This document shows, one piece after another, positions 41,226-54,723 of a stretch of 64,000 nucleotides of DNA. How positions within the stretch are numbered: position 1 is the first letter of the stretch; the number at the start of each line of letters is the position of its first letter. The notes under the pieces were generated by a model. It saw only the letters and a list, made by a program, of their open reading frames with translations. It did not search any database and was not told the origin of the DNA. A program made the position numbers and the translations under genes. The stretch covers positions 47,740,001 through 47,804,000 of the forward strand of contig OX597826.1 in the NCBI GenBank assembly GCA_951406725.2, in the 5' to 3' direction. Source of the DNA: Octopus vulgaris. Taxonomy: Eukaryota.

Positions 41226-41356
41226 GGCCACATCTTTTATCTTTTACTTGCTTCTGTAATTAGACTACATCCATGCTGGGGCACTGCCTTGAAGGGTTTA
41301 GGCCAGGGGCTCTCAGCCATTTTTTTATCTCTTGATTACCATTTCATTCTGATGCC

Positions 41357-41731
41357 CCCCCCCCATCTGATAAGGGTACACTAGGCACATGTATCACAGC
41401 CATAAGTGATCTCATATCAAGATGAAAAGCGTATGACTTTGCAGGTGGGGCCCAGTTAGAATTTTCTTCTGGTCGAGTAACCCATCCCGCTCAAAAGGTC
41501 CCTGAATAAGGATTGTTTAAGGATGTTGAACGAACCACTCATGTTTCCAGAGGTTAATTATCTAAACCCCAAAGAATTCCTCTCAATACATGGCTATGAT
41601 GCTTCCCCACCACTTCTGCTCGTGACCAGAGATGCACATATCGTCAGCCACTAAGGGACATGCTCAACTGGTTAAGGTCAAACAACTGATAAGCAAATCT
41701 GGGGTATTGAGCAGAATATTTGCTGTAGCCC
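41357..41731 (-). mobile_element. Family E retro-repeat, most 5'-extended copy
   Basis: Overlaps and extends the sequence of 26802-27068. Confidence 0.7.
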
Positions 41732-41732
41732 T

Positions 41733-41764
<32 letters not shown>

Positions 41765-41838
41765 TATTATTATTATTATCATTATTATTATTATTATTAT
41801 CATTATTATTATTATTATTATCATTAGTAGTAGTAGTA

Positions 41839-42202
41839 GTAATATTTTATAGGATTGAGGTAACTCCTCCAAAAGGCATACAGAACCCCCCAAAAAGAGG
41901 CCATTGTTATCAAGTGAACGATATTTCGGCATCTAGTGTGCCTTTTGCAGTTTCAAAAAATAAACTTGTCAATCTGCTTCATTTTTGGTAATATTCTATA
42001 GGCTTGAGGGCACAAAAGATGTGCCCTCAAATATTGTTCACTTGATAACAATGGCACTCTCCTTTTTTTTCTTTGCTTCTGTAGGAGTTACCTCAATCCT
42101 ATAAAATATTACCGAAAATGAAGTAGATTGACAAGTTTATTTTTTGAAATTGTGGATGGCACACTAGATGCCAAAATATCGTTCACTTGATAAGAATGGC
42201 AC
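41839..42202. repeat. Inverted pair of circularly permuted ~150 bp tandem units in (TAA/TAG)n
   Basis: Left side A-B-a, right side reverse complement of partial A-B-A, joined by hairpin ttgagggcaca aaaga tgtgccctcaa. Confidence 0.8.
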
Positions 42203-42289
<87 letters not shown>

Positions 42290-43454
42290 GATGATGATTA
42301 TTATTATTATTATTATTGCGTGAGAGAGAGCAATGCATGCAAATGTCAGAGCCCATACCAGGTTCCATAGTCTGATTTTGGCTTGGTTTCTACAGCTGGA
42401 TGCCCTTCTTAATGCCAACCACTTTACAGAGTGTACTGGGTGCTTTTTATGTGGCACCAGCTGCAGTGCTTTTTATGTTGCCCAGTATTGTCAATACGGA
42501 AAACATATAGGGGAAACTTACTGACATAATGAGGACTTTATCATTAATTGCTGTATGAGAGAAAGGTATGGACAGTTTTCAAAGAATGGAGGATTTACTG
42601 TAAAGATTCATGGAAATGAAAAATTATCAAAAAAGAAAAAAATATCAAATTGAAAATTCCAAAACGGGAAATGTAAAATTGGGGGTGTAATGAGGACGGG
42701 ATATAACTACCACAAAAATAAAGAGAAAATGCATTTTATTTAGCCTATAGACAGGATATCCACACAAATAAATACACAGTACAATCACAACCAAACACAC
42801 ACATATATATACAAAAATATATATATATTTTACATATATATATATATCTATATATATATATATATATGTATATACATACAGTCACATACACATGTATATA
42901 TGTATGTATGTATATATATATGTATGTATATGATATGTTGTATATTTTTTCTTCTTCTCAATTTCCTATTCCAATAAAGCTAACTGGAAGTTGGGGAAGA
43001 ATATTAAGTCACTGCCAGAAGGTACCATATCGTTCAACTTCCTTTTAAATCCATTGACTTTTCCTGTCCCCCGTTTCTCCCTTGAGACTTTGGTTTGTAG
43101 TTTTGAAATTATATACACTTTTATTTCAGACTGAATCACATTCATACTTATTCTATGAAGTTCACATCATCAAATTTTTTTTTTGTCTTTTCCTTCTCTC
43201 TCATCAGCTATTCATTCATTCCTTCTATGGGCTTTGTTTCTGCTAGTTTGTGTTCTTGGTGTAGTTGGTTTGGCTTATAGCATAATTTATCTAAAACAGA
43301 ATAATGTTTTCCAGGTAGAGATATAATACCTTCGTGGGGTTGTATTAGTTTAGCCCCAGGTCAGTTAGCCTTGCTGGAACAGGTAAATGGACTGAGGTAT
43401 TCCATTTCGTGATCATCCAGCCATTAATTCAAACACACCACCACCACCACCACA

Positions 43455-43530
<76 letters not shown>

Positions 43531-43576
43531 ACTACTACTACTACTACTACTACTACAACAACTACTGCTACTACTG

Positions 43577-43632
<56 letters not shown>

Positions 43633-43984
43633 GCTACTACTACTACTGCTACTACTACCACTACTACTCAAGCCTTTCACTTCTTATGGAGAATAGGACA
43701 TCAATGACATTTCTGGGCTGTCTTTTCTGCTTCTCTTTTTATTTGGATCCCTACTTTTTCAGCTCTGCCCCACTCTCACACCTTCCACTATTTCTTTTCA
43801 GATTTTGCTGCATTGTGTCATATACTTCCCTGAGGTAAAGCCTTCTTCTCCCAGGTCTTGTCTATTTTGAATTGTCATCAATGCATCTATAACTTTGCTT
43901 TGTTCTAGGTTAAAGGTGTTGGCCCTACACAAACCCGTTTCTATTTCTGGAAAGAAATGATCCGTACTAGACTGGAAAAAAAAA

Positions 43985-44227
43985 GTCACCTTTGCAAGTC
44001 ATACTGACTCATAAGGGCCGGTTTCTTGGTTTCAATGGCATATATATTCCTCACCTGGATGGGATGCCAGTCTGTTGCAGGTTTACTCACTTTTGCCAGC
44101 TGAGTGGAGTGGAGCAATGTGAAATGAAGTGTTTTACTCAAAAACACAATGTCAGTCCAAGAATCAAAATCACAATCTTAGAATCATGAATCCAACGCTC
44201 TAACCACTAAGCTATATTTCTCCACAT
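43985..44227 (-). mobile_element. SINE family C
   Basis: Reverse complement of gcttagtggttagag…aaaacacttcatttcacattgctcc. Confidence 0.75.
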
Positions 44228-44391
44228 GCATGGGAGGAGGCCTTACCTGGAACTTGTGTCCCACTAGCATTGCTCTTAGGGTCACTAAAGCACATAAACT
44301 ACCATACCACAACAAAGACTGGACCTTGTGAAGAATAATACATGTAGGGCTACATTGTTATCCACTATTTGCTGTTCTTGTAGCCTTGTTC

Positions 44392-44780
44392 CATCATCAT
44401 CATCGTCGTCATCATTGTTTAATGTCCATACTGGCATATGTTGGACAGTTTGACAGGAGGTGGTCAGCTATGGAGCTGACCAGACTCCAATTTGTCTCTA
44501 GATGCATTGTTTCTATAGCTGGATGCCCTTCCTAATGTCAACCACTTTACAGAGTGTGCTGGGTGCTTTTTACATACTACTTGCACAGGTGTGTTTATGC
44601 AGCACCGGCACAAGTGCATTTTAGGTGGCACCTTTAAAGGACAAGCCTGTATGTATGGATGAGAGCAATTTTACTTAGCTTTACGCATCTTCTCAGGTAC
44701 AGCATATTGCCACAATTCCCAGTTCCTTGTCATTTCCTAAATGAGGCCCAGCATCTGAAGAAGCTTCCTCACCACTTCAT
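44392..44780 (-). mobile_element. RTE-clade LINE 3' end including ORF C-terminus
   Basis: DEVVRKLLQMLGLI*EMTRNWELWQYAVPEKMRKAK*, followed by the shared UTR and (GAT)n tail. Confidence 0.7.
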
Positions 44781-45632
44781 CACACAACCTCCTGGGTCTC
44801 CATTGATGTACATTAATGGTGCACAATCCCTGTCGTACTATGTTCCTGATTCAATGTTCCTGGGCAGTTAAGCTGATGCAACAACCAACCATTCATCACA
44901 GACACTGGTGGAGGTCCATTTATTTTTGCATGTGAAAATGGAATCGAAAGATAGTGTGAATGAGAACAAAACAGAAAATATATATTGAATGAGAATCGTC
45001 CACCTTGGGAAATATTTATATTACTGAAGGGTAGCTGTTTATAACTAAGGGAAAGGATAAATCTTTGTTTGCCTTAAATCCCATTTGAAGTTTTGTGTAC
45101 TTATTTGTTATGGGACTGGGGGAAATAATAATGATAATAATAATAATAATAATAATAATGATAATAATAATAATAATAATGATGATAATAATGATAATAA
45201 TAATAATAATGATAAAGTATTGAAGCTAAAACTTCAAAATGGAAATAATCAGTAAAGTGGGAAGATGAAAGCAGAAAAGCAACCAGAAAACCCTTTAAAC
45301 TGTGTAAAATGAAGAAAACTAAACATGTTTTGTTTTTAACTAACATTTGTACGAGTTAAACATGGAAGGCTTCTTTTCAAAAATCCTCGTATTCATTCAT
45401 CTATCATTTATGCCAGCAATGATACATGTCAATGAAATGGTTTTGCATATGTTTGCTTGAACTGCAACTCATAGAAGTCAAATCACACTGAAATTATACA
45501 CTACTCTCTTAAAAAAAGGGAGTGCACATTGTGATCATAGAGTTCTGGATTTGCTAAGTCTGTAAACAGAAACAATGGGATGGGTGTTAACAAGAACAGT
45601 TCTAACCTTTCGCATTTAGACCAGCCTTATTG

Positions 45633-45880
45633 CAGGCCATGGCTGTGTGGTAAGAAGCCTGCTTCTCAACCACATGTTTCCGAGTTCAGTCCTATTGCAT
45701 GGCACCTTGGGGAAGTGTCTTCTAATATAGCCTCATACTTACCAAAGCCATGTGAGTGGATTTGGTAGTAAGAAACTGAAAGAAGCTGTCATATATATAT
45801 ATATATATATATATGTGTGTCTGTGTTTGTCCCTCTACCATTGCTTGACAGCCTATGTTGGTGTGTTTTTATGTCCCCAT
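45633..45880 (+). mobile_element. SINE family A, partial
   Basis: Head and internal body motifs. Confidence 0.8.
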
Positions 45881-46051
45881 AATACAGAGGGAAGTAAGAG
45901 AATGAAAGTATTTCATATCTTCTCTATAATAATTAGGAGAAGGAAATTTTCTTGATCCAGAGAAGGGAAGACAAAAAAAAAATCAGCCAATATATATATA
46001 TATTTTATATATGACCGGAAGGAAAACGGTGATATATAAATATATATATTC

Positions 46052-46083
<32 letters not shown>

Positions 46084-46198
46084 CCACACACATATATATA
46101 CATACATATATATATATTTATGCACACACACACATATATACTCACACACACATATACATACATATATACATACATACATACATACATACATACATACG

Positions 46199-46238
<40 letters not shown>

Positions 46239-47116
46239 TACACAAATATTTGTTTGTGTGTATGGATGTGTATGTAAAGTGAAATTATAAAGATCTCCTT
46301 TAAGAAATGGAAATATTGAGGCAGAATTTTTTAAAAGAAAAGGGAAAAAAATATTTTCAAGTCAACCAGCCATATTGCATCTGTTTCATAATTTGTTGCT
46401 ATCATATCCTTGCACCACCACCACCACCACCACCACCACTGCCTCTACCATCAAAAAGCTCTTGAAACACTTCCTGAAGTTGTGATTGTTTCAAGATTTG
46501 TTATTGCAGCAAAGGGCAAAAAACGGAAGCCAAGTGACTTGGACAGGAGATTAATTACTCTATTAAGAATAAGTTTCTCCTTCCTCTGCTAACACCTCCA
46601 TCACTAGTACAACGTCATCAACAATGTTAGGTGTGTTATTTCCTTCTGAAGCTTTCCAGAAAAGCAAACAAAGAAGTAAGATGATTGCTAGTTAGTTAAT
46701 TTTTTTTTAAATGGGGGGGGGGGACGGTTTCTTTAACAGAAGCGTTAACTAAAGCTGTTCAAGAACAACTCAAATCATGAAAGAGTACGAGGGTGGGTGC
46801 TGAAAATTTCCTGGCATCGAAAAGGGCATGGATAGAGACTCAACCTCCTGAATTCTTTTACAAAGCTTAGAAAATACTGAAACCAAAACTAAAGCTCTTT
46901 AAAAACAACTCAGAGTACAAGAGGGTGCTGAAAAGTTACTGGTTTTAAGGGTATCAGAAAAAGGTCTGGATGGAGACCCAGCCTTCCAAGTTCTTTTTAC
47001 AGGGCTTAAAAATATTGAAGGACCGCTGCCATCAGCATGCATCAGCTAGTAATTTGTTTGCTGAGTTCTATAAACAAGAGCCTTCACTTTTAGTAGTTTC
47101 ATTGATCTGAGGGTAG

Positions 47117-47167
47117 CTTTAACTGATGAGACACACAAAATGGTTGAAACACTGCAGTATCTCAAGG
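47117..47167 (+). ncRNA. Minimal type-I hammerhead ribozyme, slightly decayed
   Basis: CTTTAA CTGATGA GAC…GTT GAAA CACTGCAGTA TC TCAAGG; canonical core, palindromic ACTGCAGT stem III. Confidence 0.7.
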
Positions 47168-47319
47168 TATTCTTACATCAATGAATCAAGAATCTTCTTA
47201 ACACACATCTTCTGATGAGGGGATATGTTTGATGATGATAACATACTGCAGCATTTGGCGTATTCGTATTCAAATCTACCAGAGTGCATTGAGAATGAAT
47301 ATATATGTTACTATAAAAT

Positions 47320-47535
47320 ATTGGTTTCAAATTTTGCCACAAGGTCAGCAATTTTGGGGGAGGGACTAAGTCGATTACATTGACCCCAGTATGCAACTGG
47401 TACTAAACGTTATCAATCCTAAAAAGATGATAAGTAAAGTTGACCTTGGTGGAATTTGAACTCAGAATGTAATGCTCGATGAAATGCTGCAAAACATTTT
47501 GCCCAGTGTGCTATGGATTCTGCCAGCTCGCTACC
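47320..47535 (-). mobile_element. SINE family B
   Basis: …gaatttgaactcagaatg…ttctgccagctcgc. Confidence 0.8.
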
Positions 47536-47562
47536 TATGTTATTATTAAATATCAACTTTCA

Positions 47563-47978
47563 GGTGCAGGAGTGGCTGTGTGGTGAGTAGCTTGCTAACC
47601 AACCACATGGTCCTGGGTTCAGTCCCACTGCATGGCACCTTCGGCAAGTGTCTTGTACTATAGCCTTGAGCCAACCAAAGCCTTGTGAGTGGATTTGGTA
47701 GACAGAAACTGAAAGAAGCCTGTCGTATATATGTATATGTATATATATGAATGTGTGTGTATATGTTTGTGTGTCTGTGATTGTCACCCCAGCATCGCTT
47801 GACAACTGATGCTGGTGTGTTAACGTCCCCATAACTTAGCGGTTCGGCAAAAAAGACCAATAGAATAAGTACTAGGCTTACAAAGAGTAAGTCCTGGGAT
47901 CAATTTGTCGACTAAAGGCGGTGCTCCAGCATGGCCACAGTCAAATGACTGAAACAAGTAAAAGAGAGTAAAAGAGAG
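47563..47978 (+). mobile_element. SINE family A, full length
   Basis: Complete head-to-tail match; gtaaaagaga tail repeats. Confidence 0.9.
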
Positions 47979-48441
47979 TCTCATTTAAACATGAATTTCA
48001 AATAGGGGATAAAAAGGAACATGAATTTTAAATTAGGGGATAGAAAGGAAAGTGTGAGAGATGGGGGAGGATGAGAGAAACAGATAGAGTGATAAACCAG
48101 ACAGACAGACAGAAGCAGGTATAGAAAGAAGAAGAGAGCCGCTAAATTGATTCAGCATATTAAATAAAGATTCCATCCAAAGACTTGATCTGGTCCTTAA
48201 TTTAAAAAGAGATTTTCGAAGCTATGAGTATACAGAAGTAAAAAACTGAATGAAGAATAAATATACAAAATAACTAATGCGAAAAAGCTGAAAGAAACAA
48301 GAAAGAGGCAGGAAGTAGATCGAAAAACATAAGAAACGTAAAAATAATTTGATAACTCATTGGTTTTGATTACAATTCTTAAATATTTTTTTACATCCAG
48401 AGAAGTCTGTTTGTAATTAAGCAGTAACTATTATATTTTTG

Positions 48442-48484
<43 letters not shown>

Positions 48485-48703
48485 ATATGTATATATATCA
48501 TATATATATATATATATATATATCATTATATATATATATATGTATGTATATTTTTACTCAAGTCATCAGACAACCATCAGACTGTAGCAAGTAATTTTTA
48601 ATTATTTTTTCATTTGCTTTTTTTTTTTTTACTTTTTAAATATTATACCTTCCTCAAGGGAAAATAATATTAACAACAGCAATCATAATAATAATATTAA
48701 AAA

Positions 48704-48764
<61 letters not shown>

Positions 48765-48799
48765 ATAATAATAATAATAGTAATAGTAACAGTGATAGT

Positions 48800-49450
48800 T
48801 TTTTTCTAATTTTGGAACAAGGCCAGTAGTTTTGAAGGGAGAGGGTAAGTCAGTTTTTTTTCAATGCCAGAGCGTGACTGGTACTTTCTTTTATCAGCTC
48901 AGAAAGTAACGTTTGACCTTGGCAGGATTTGAGCTCAGAATGTAAAGAACCAAAAGAAATGCAACAAGACATTTTTTACAACACGCTAATGATTCTACCA
49001 GCTTACTATCTTAACAACAATAATAACAACAACAACAACAATATGATAATAACAATAATAATAATAATCCTCTTTTCTGGAGGCACAAGGTCTCAAATTT
49101 GTTGGGTGGGGACTAGTCAATTACATTGACCCCAGTGTTTCACTGGTACTTAATTTATTGACCCCAATAAGATGAAAGGCAAAGTCGACTTCAATGGAAT
49201 TCGAACTCAGAATGTAGCGACGGTTGAAATACCTATTTCTTTACTACCCACAGAAGGGACAAACAAGGACAGACAAACGGATTAAGTCGATTATATTGAC
49301 CCCAGTGCATAACTGGTACTTATTTAATCGACCCCAAAAGGATGAAAGGCAAAGTCAACCTCGGCGGAATTTGAACTTAGAACGTAACGGCAGACGAAAT
49401 ACGGCTACGCATTTCGCCCAGCATGCTAACATTTCTACCAGCTCGCCGCC
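48800..49450 (-). mobile_element. Cluster of three SINE family B copies
   Basis: Repeated gaccccagtg…actggtactt…gatgaaaggcaaagtc motifs. Confidence 0.8.
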
Positions 49451-49726
49451 TGACAATAATAGTAATGATAATAATAATCTTGTTTTATGTTTCTCTGATG
49501 AAAATAACAGCAATGATAACAGCTAACTACAGTTGTGGTGTCATTAGCACCCACAACAATAACAGTAACACTAATATTGAACCATTGAAGTCATCTTTGA
49601 CATGTGAAAAATAGCACTCAAATCTCTCTTAAACTACAACTGTACATCTTATATGAGCTCAAATTGTAAAATGGTGTTTGGGATACAATACTCTAAATCT
49701 AAAGACAGTTTTGAGTTTAGATATAC

Positions 49727-51515
49727 TGAGATGTCTGATGAATCCATTCTTTTCTTTCCAAAATTATTTAAATTAACACAAAAAATGTTTCATGGGCTCT
49801 TTTTTATCTTTTGAGTTCTATTTTTCTTTACAACTTTTGTTTATTGTTTTTGAAATTCCGAACAAATTTTAATGCTTTTCAAATATGTATGATGATGGAT
49901 TGCCAAGTGCTAAAAAGTAATGAGTATTTTTGACATCTGCTTCTCTTTGCTTTTGGTCAAGGTTCCAAAAGCTGTTAAAGCAGCTTGGGATATTTGTGTT
50001 GTGTATAGAGAAGGCAATGTTACTGAAAGAATGGCATAGAAATGGATTTTATGCTTCATGGAGGACTCTCCGAATTTTATCTGATCTGTTCTGTTCAATG
50101 AAAATTGCTTGAACCAGTTGATCCATGAGAATCTGTATCAATCCACATGGGATTTGGCCAAGCAGATAGGATGCTCTCATAGCACTGTCATCCAACACCT
50201 CCATCTGATGAGTAAGGGTAAAAAATTGGTGCTTAGGTGCCACATGCTTTGAACAAAGAACATGAATTCCAGGGCTCCTCTAGTGCTGCCATTTTGCTCA
50301 CTCAACATCACACTACTTGTGGAAACACAGAGAGACTTCTTTACAGCATCATCACCAGTGATGACTAACGATATGTTTATGTCAATATGAAACAGAGGAA
50401 AGAATGGTTGAGTCCTGACAGGCAAACTAGACCTCACACAAGACAATGATTAACATTTGGTGGGATTGAGAAGGGCTAATCCACTACGAAATACTCAAAA
50501 GTAAGCACTTGGTCAATGCAGAGCTCTATAGTCAGCAAATGCGCAGGTTCAATGAAGCAATCCAGCTGAAATGACCCAACCAGGAACATGGCATGCTTCT
50601 TCAGCATGACAACATTCACTTCAACATCGCTAATTTAATCAAAGATACTATTCAAGAGCTTGGTTGGGCAGTTCTACCACACTCACTATATTCTTTAGTG
50701 CCTTCAGATTATTGTCTTTTATGGTGACCCTTCAACAGTCTGCAAGGCATTTTGTTCAAGAACAACTCAAAGCTGAAAATGTGGCTCAAAATTTAAAGCA
50801 TTGACAAGTCAGTGAAATGCTAGCAAGAAATCATGAATAATGAAGGAGAATATATTCAAAAGGAAGCACTCGGTCAGTGCAGAGCTCTATATTCAGAAAA
50901 TACACTGGTTCAATGAAGCAATCCAGCTGAAATGATCCAACCAGCAAAATAGCAGGCTTCTTCGATATAACAACATTCACCCCAACGTTACTAATTTAAT
51001 TGAAGATACTCTTCAAAAGCTCAGTTAGGGAGTTCTACCACACTTAATGTATTCTCATGATATAGTGCCTTCAAATTATTGTCTTCATGGCCACCCTTCA
51101 ACAGTTTGCATGGCATTTTGTTTGAGGACAACTTGGAGTTGAAAATATGGCTCAATGAATTCTTTGAGTTAAGACCCATTGATTTCTATGCTGAAGGCAC
51201 TAACAAGCCAGTGAAATGCTGGCAAGAAATCATAAACAATGAGGATGGCGAGCTGGCAGAAACGTTAGCATGCCGGGTGAAATACTTAGTGGTATTTCGT
51301 CTGTCATTACATTCTGAGTTCAAATTTGCCTTTCATCCCTTTGTCTGCCCTTGTTTGTCCCCTCTATTGCCCTTGTGGGCAATAAAGAAATAAGAAATCA
51401 TAAACAATGAAGGAGAATATATCGTTAATGCTTCATTAAAATTGTTGATGAAAACAAAAATGAAAATTAAAACAAATGGGAAAAATAATATGAATGGATT
51501 TATCTGACAAAGCGA
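49727..51515 (+). mobile_element. Degenerate mariner (DD34D-type) transposon with internal duplication and nested SINE
   Basis: TIR tgtc(t/a)gat(g/a)aatccattc; remnants AAWDICVVY…, A*VPHAL (WVPHEL-like), IITSDD, LQHDN, PSDY; ~360 bp duplication at 50497-51244; SINE B at 51245-51392 with 19-bp TSD aagaaatcataaacaatga. Confidence 0.85.
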
Positions 51516-52115
51516 CATTTCCTCTATCAGGACTAACCTGGGGCTAAGCAATAAAAACAACAACAACAACAACTCCAGCATGAATATTCACTAGTCAGCA
51601 GGTTAATAAGACTGAGCCCCATCACATCAGATGAAATTAAAGCCCTGTTGCCTACATACAAGCTACTTAGGTTTGCATTATTAAATTTCTAATGTTAATA
51701 CCACACCACTTATAATTTTTTCCTTTTCTAATGAGTTTCCACACATGACAGGTATGTATGTGTGTGTGTAAGAGAGAGAGATAGAGAGAGAGAGTATGTG
51801 TATGGAAGTCTATATGTGCATGTGTATGTACATATGTATGAACGTATATAATATCTATCTATCTATCTATCTATCTATATATATATATATCTATATATAT
51901 ATCTCTCTCTATATATATATATGTATATATATATATATACACACACACATACACACACAAACACACGATGTGGCATCTTGGGCAAGTGTCTTCTACTATA
52001 GGTTTGTGCCAATCAAAGCCTCATGAGTGGATTTGGTAGACGGAAACTGAAAGAAGCCTGTCATATATATATGTGTGTGTATGCATGCATATATGTGTAA
52101 ATGTATGTATATATG

Positions 52116-52163
<48 letters not shown>

Positions 52164-52522
52164 GAGTACAGTAACAATCTTTATTCTTTTAAATCTAAAG
52201 TGCTATTGCTTAACAGTTGTCCTTGTTATTAATAAACTACTGTAATGGCTGGGTTGTTAACAGTACAGGGAAGGTTTTAAAAGTCCAAATACACGTTAAA
52301 TAAATACTGTAAATATGCTGTCCCTACTTCGCAGAAATTCAGTTATTGTGGCTGATCTCGGAACCAATCTACCACGATAAACAAGGGATCACTGTATCAT
52401 ATTAAAAAGATTTTTGTTTTAAACTCAATATTTAAATAAGAGTCAAAGACTAATTCAACTACAATGGTAGTTCATCTTGTTGAACAACCAGCACTGATTA
52501 TAATGATTATAATTTTATAACT

Positions 52523-52995
52523 TAAAGTATACTAGCCATCTCAATATGGCTAACCACTAAGGGTGGGTGTTACTGTAGCTTTTAGTCCCAGGAGATCATC
52601 ATCTCCAATTGGCTTTAGGCACACTTTCTGTGACCTTATGGTATTTGCAAAGGGAGGTCATCCCTCTCTCGTAAACCTAAGTGATTTATTGCTTGCAGAC
52701 AGTTTTTCGAAATCAGTGATGGAAGTTACTAGAAAAACAATAAGTATTTGCAAACAAGTCTCCCTTCATCGAAAACCGGTGATTGCCATAAGCCGAAGAC
52801 AGGCAAATACCTAGAAACTGTAGTCCGTGCGTATCACTTAGGTTTATGAGAGAGGGATGACCTCACTTTGCAAATACCATAAGGTCACAGAAAGTGTGCC
52901 TAAAGCCAGCTGGAGACGATGATCTCCTGGGGCTAAAAGCTACAGTAACACCCACCCTTAGTGGTTAGCCATATTTAGATGGTTAGTATACTTTA
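52523..52995 (+). mobile_element. Fold-back PLE-type insertion with hammerhead-like motif in the spacer
   Basis: Arms 52523-52685 / 52833-52995 (~160 bp, high identity). Confidence 0.75.
52787..52831 (+). ncRNA. Degenerate minimal hammerhead (U4C)
   Basis: CCGAAGA cAGGc aaat aCCTa GAAA CTGTAG TC; near-palindromic stem III, GUC site, decayed stem I. Confidence 0.5.
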
Positions 52996-53139
52996 CGTTG
53001 TCGAGCAGTTACTATTTACATCTCATTCAGAGATTTATTATTGCTTGCAGTTTTATAGCTATATAACTGATTATAGTTTTATAGTGATCAAATGTCTGAG
53101 CTGTACGTGAGCTCACTTCCTCCATCAAAGTGACACTAC

Positions 53140-53297
53140 CCATACAGGTGCATGGCATGCCACAGGTCGGATATCAAAATGATCACAAAGCAACATGAGA
53201 TGAAGTGTGTTGCTCAAGAATAAAACACACTGTCCGATCTGGGAATTGAACCCATGATCTCATAATCAAGAGTGCAACACTTTAACCAGCAGGCCAT
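53140..53297 (-). mobile_element. tRNA-derived SINE, family C-like
   Basis: Reverse complement reads atggcctgctggttaaagtg…gggttcaattccc…ttcttgagcaacacacttcat. Confidence 0.7.
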
Positions 53298-54649
53298 AAT
53301 AAAAACAAACGAGTATATAGATGAATCAATCACCTTACTACTGCCCCTTTTATCTCCAGAATTCAAATGAAATATTACACTGTCTCCAGAGTGTGGTGTT
53401 ACCCACTTTGAGAAAGTCCATTATATCGACTATTATAGGACCTATGTTCTCAGTAGTAATTGAAACATATATAAAAAAAAATATCTCCCTGAAGAAGAGC
53501 TATTCAAGAAATGTCAGTTTTATCACCACTTCAACTTGACTTCAAAATCAATAATTATTGATGATGATGATAATGGCAAAAATGTCTTTATATTTAGCAT
53601 GGAGAGAACGAGGGTGGAGCAGGAGTCAGAGCATAATGAGTGTGTTTTATAAAGATTTTAGGGTTATTTTCTCAATTGTAGGTGAGTTAGGAAGCAATGA
53701 CTTGATCTCAATGCAGTTCGTGGCAGGTTAATTATTTGGGAGGAAGGAAATTTTGGTGGGAATTAGATGTTTCCTGTGAAAATGGTAAAGTTCTATGGAG
53801 CTTGTGTATGACGATTATGATAACCATGTTGATGATGATGATGATGACAGTGGTGGTGAGGACAATTGAATAAGATGATCTTTATATATGTATGCCAGTG
53901 ATTATGTATATATATATATGTGTATGTGTGGTTAAGTATGTGTGGAGGAAAGTTGTGTATGTGTGTTAATGCGTGCATGTGTGTTGTCATCTACATATGT
54001 ATGTATATGTAAGTGAATATATATATGCATGTGTCTACATGTCTGTATCTACAACTGTATGAATTTGTAGCTAATTACATATATATATATATATATATAT
54101 ATAGTTGCTATTATATGTCCAAATTAGGCCAGATATGTTTTTGTTCAATATTTATTTTTGCTTGCAATTGCCAGTTCTTTTGGTCAAACTATCGTATCCC
54201 CAGCTGCTTCAGATGCCAAGATATCAAAAATTGTCAAAGTGTAGTACAACAGTTTTGCTATGAAATGGTGAAAATATTTTTTCATTTTCTGAAAAAGCAA
54301 CATTTTGGACTTAAGACACTTTTGCATAATAGCAACGATATATACGTCTACATGTATGTATGTATATGTGTGTGTGTGTGTGTGAGTGTGTGTGTGTGTG
54401 TATTATAGGTTTCTTTCAGTTTCCATCTAACAAATTCACTCATGAGGCTTTGGCTGGTGCAGGCCTAAACTAGAAGACACTTGCCTTAAGTGCTACATAG
54501 TGGAACTGAACTTGAAACCATGTAACCATGTTTTTTTAAAACAAACTTTTTACCACATACCCACTCCTACGTGTGTGTGTGTGTGTGTGTGTGTATGTAT
54601 ATATATGTGTGTATATATGTATATATACATGTATATATATGTATATTTA

Positions 54650-54718
<69 letters not shown>

Positions 54719-54723
<5 letters not shown>

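Noticed and set aside
41590-41731. HDV-like ribozyme at the 5' end of family E
   Set aside because: A P1-like pairing exists, but no convincing P3/L3 or catalytic J4/2 C-N-R-A segment could be placed.
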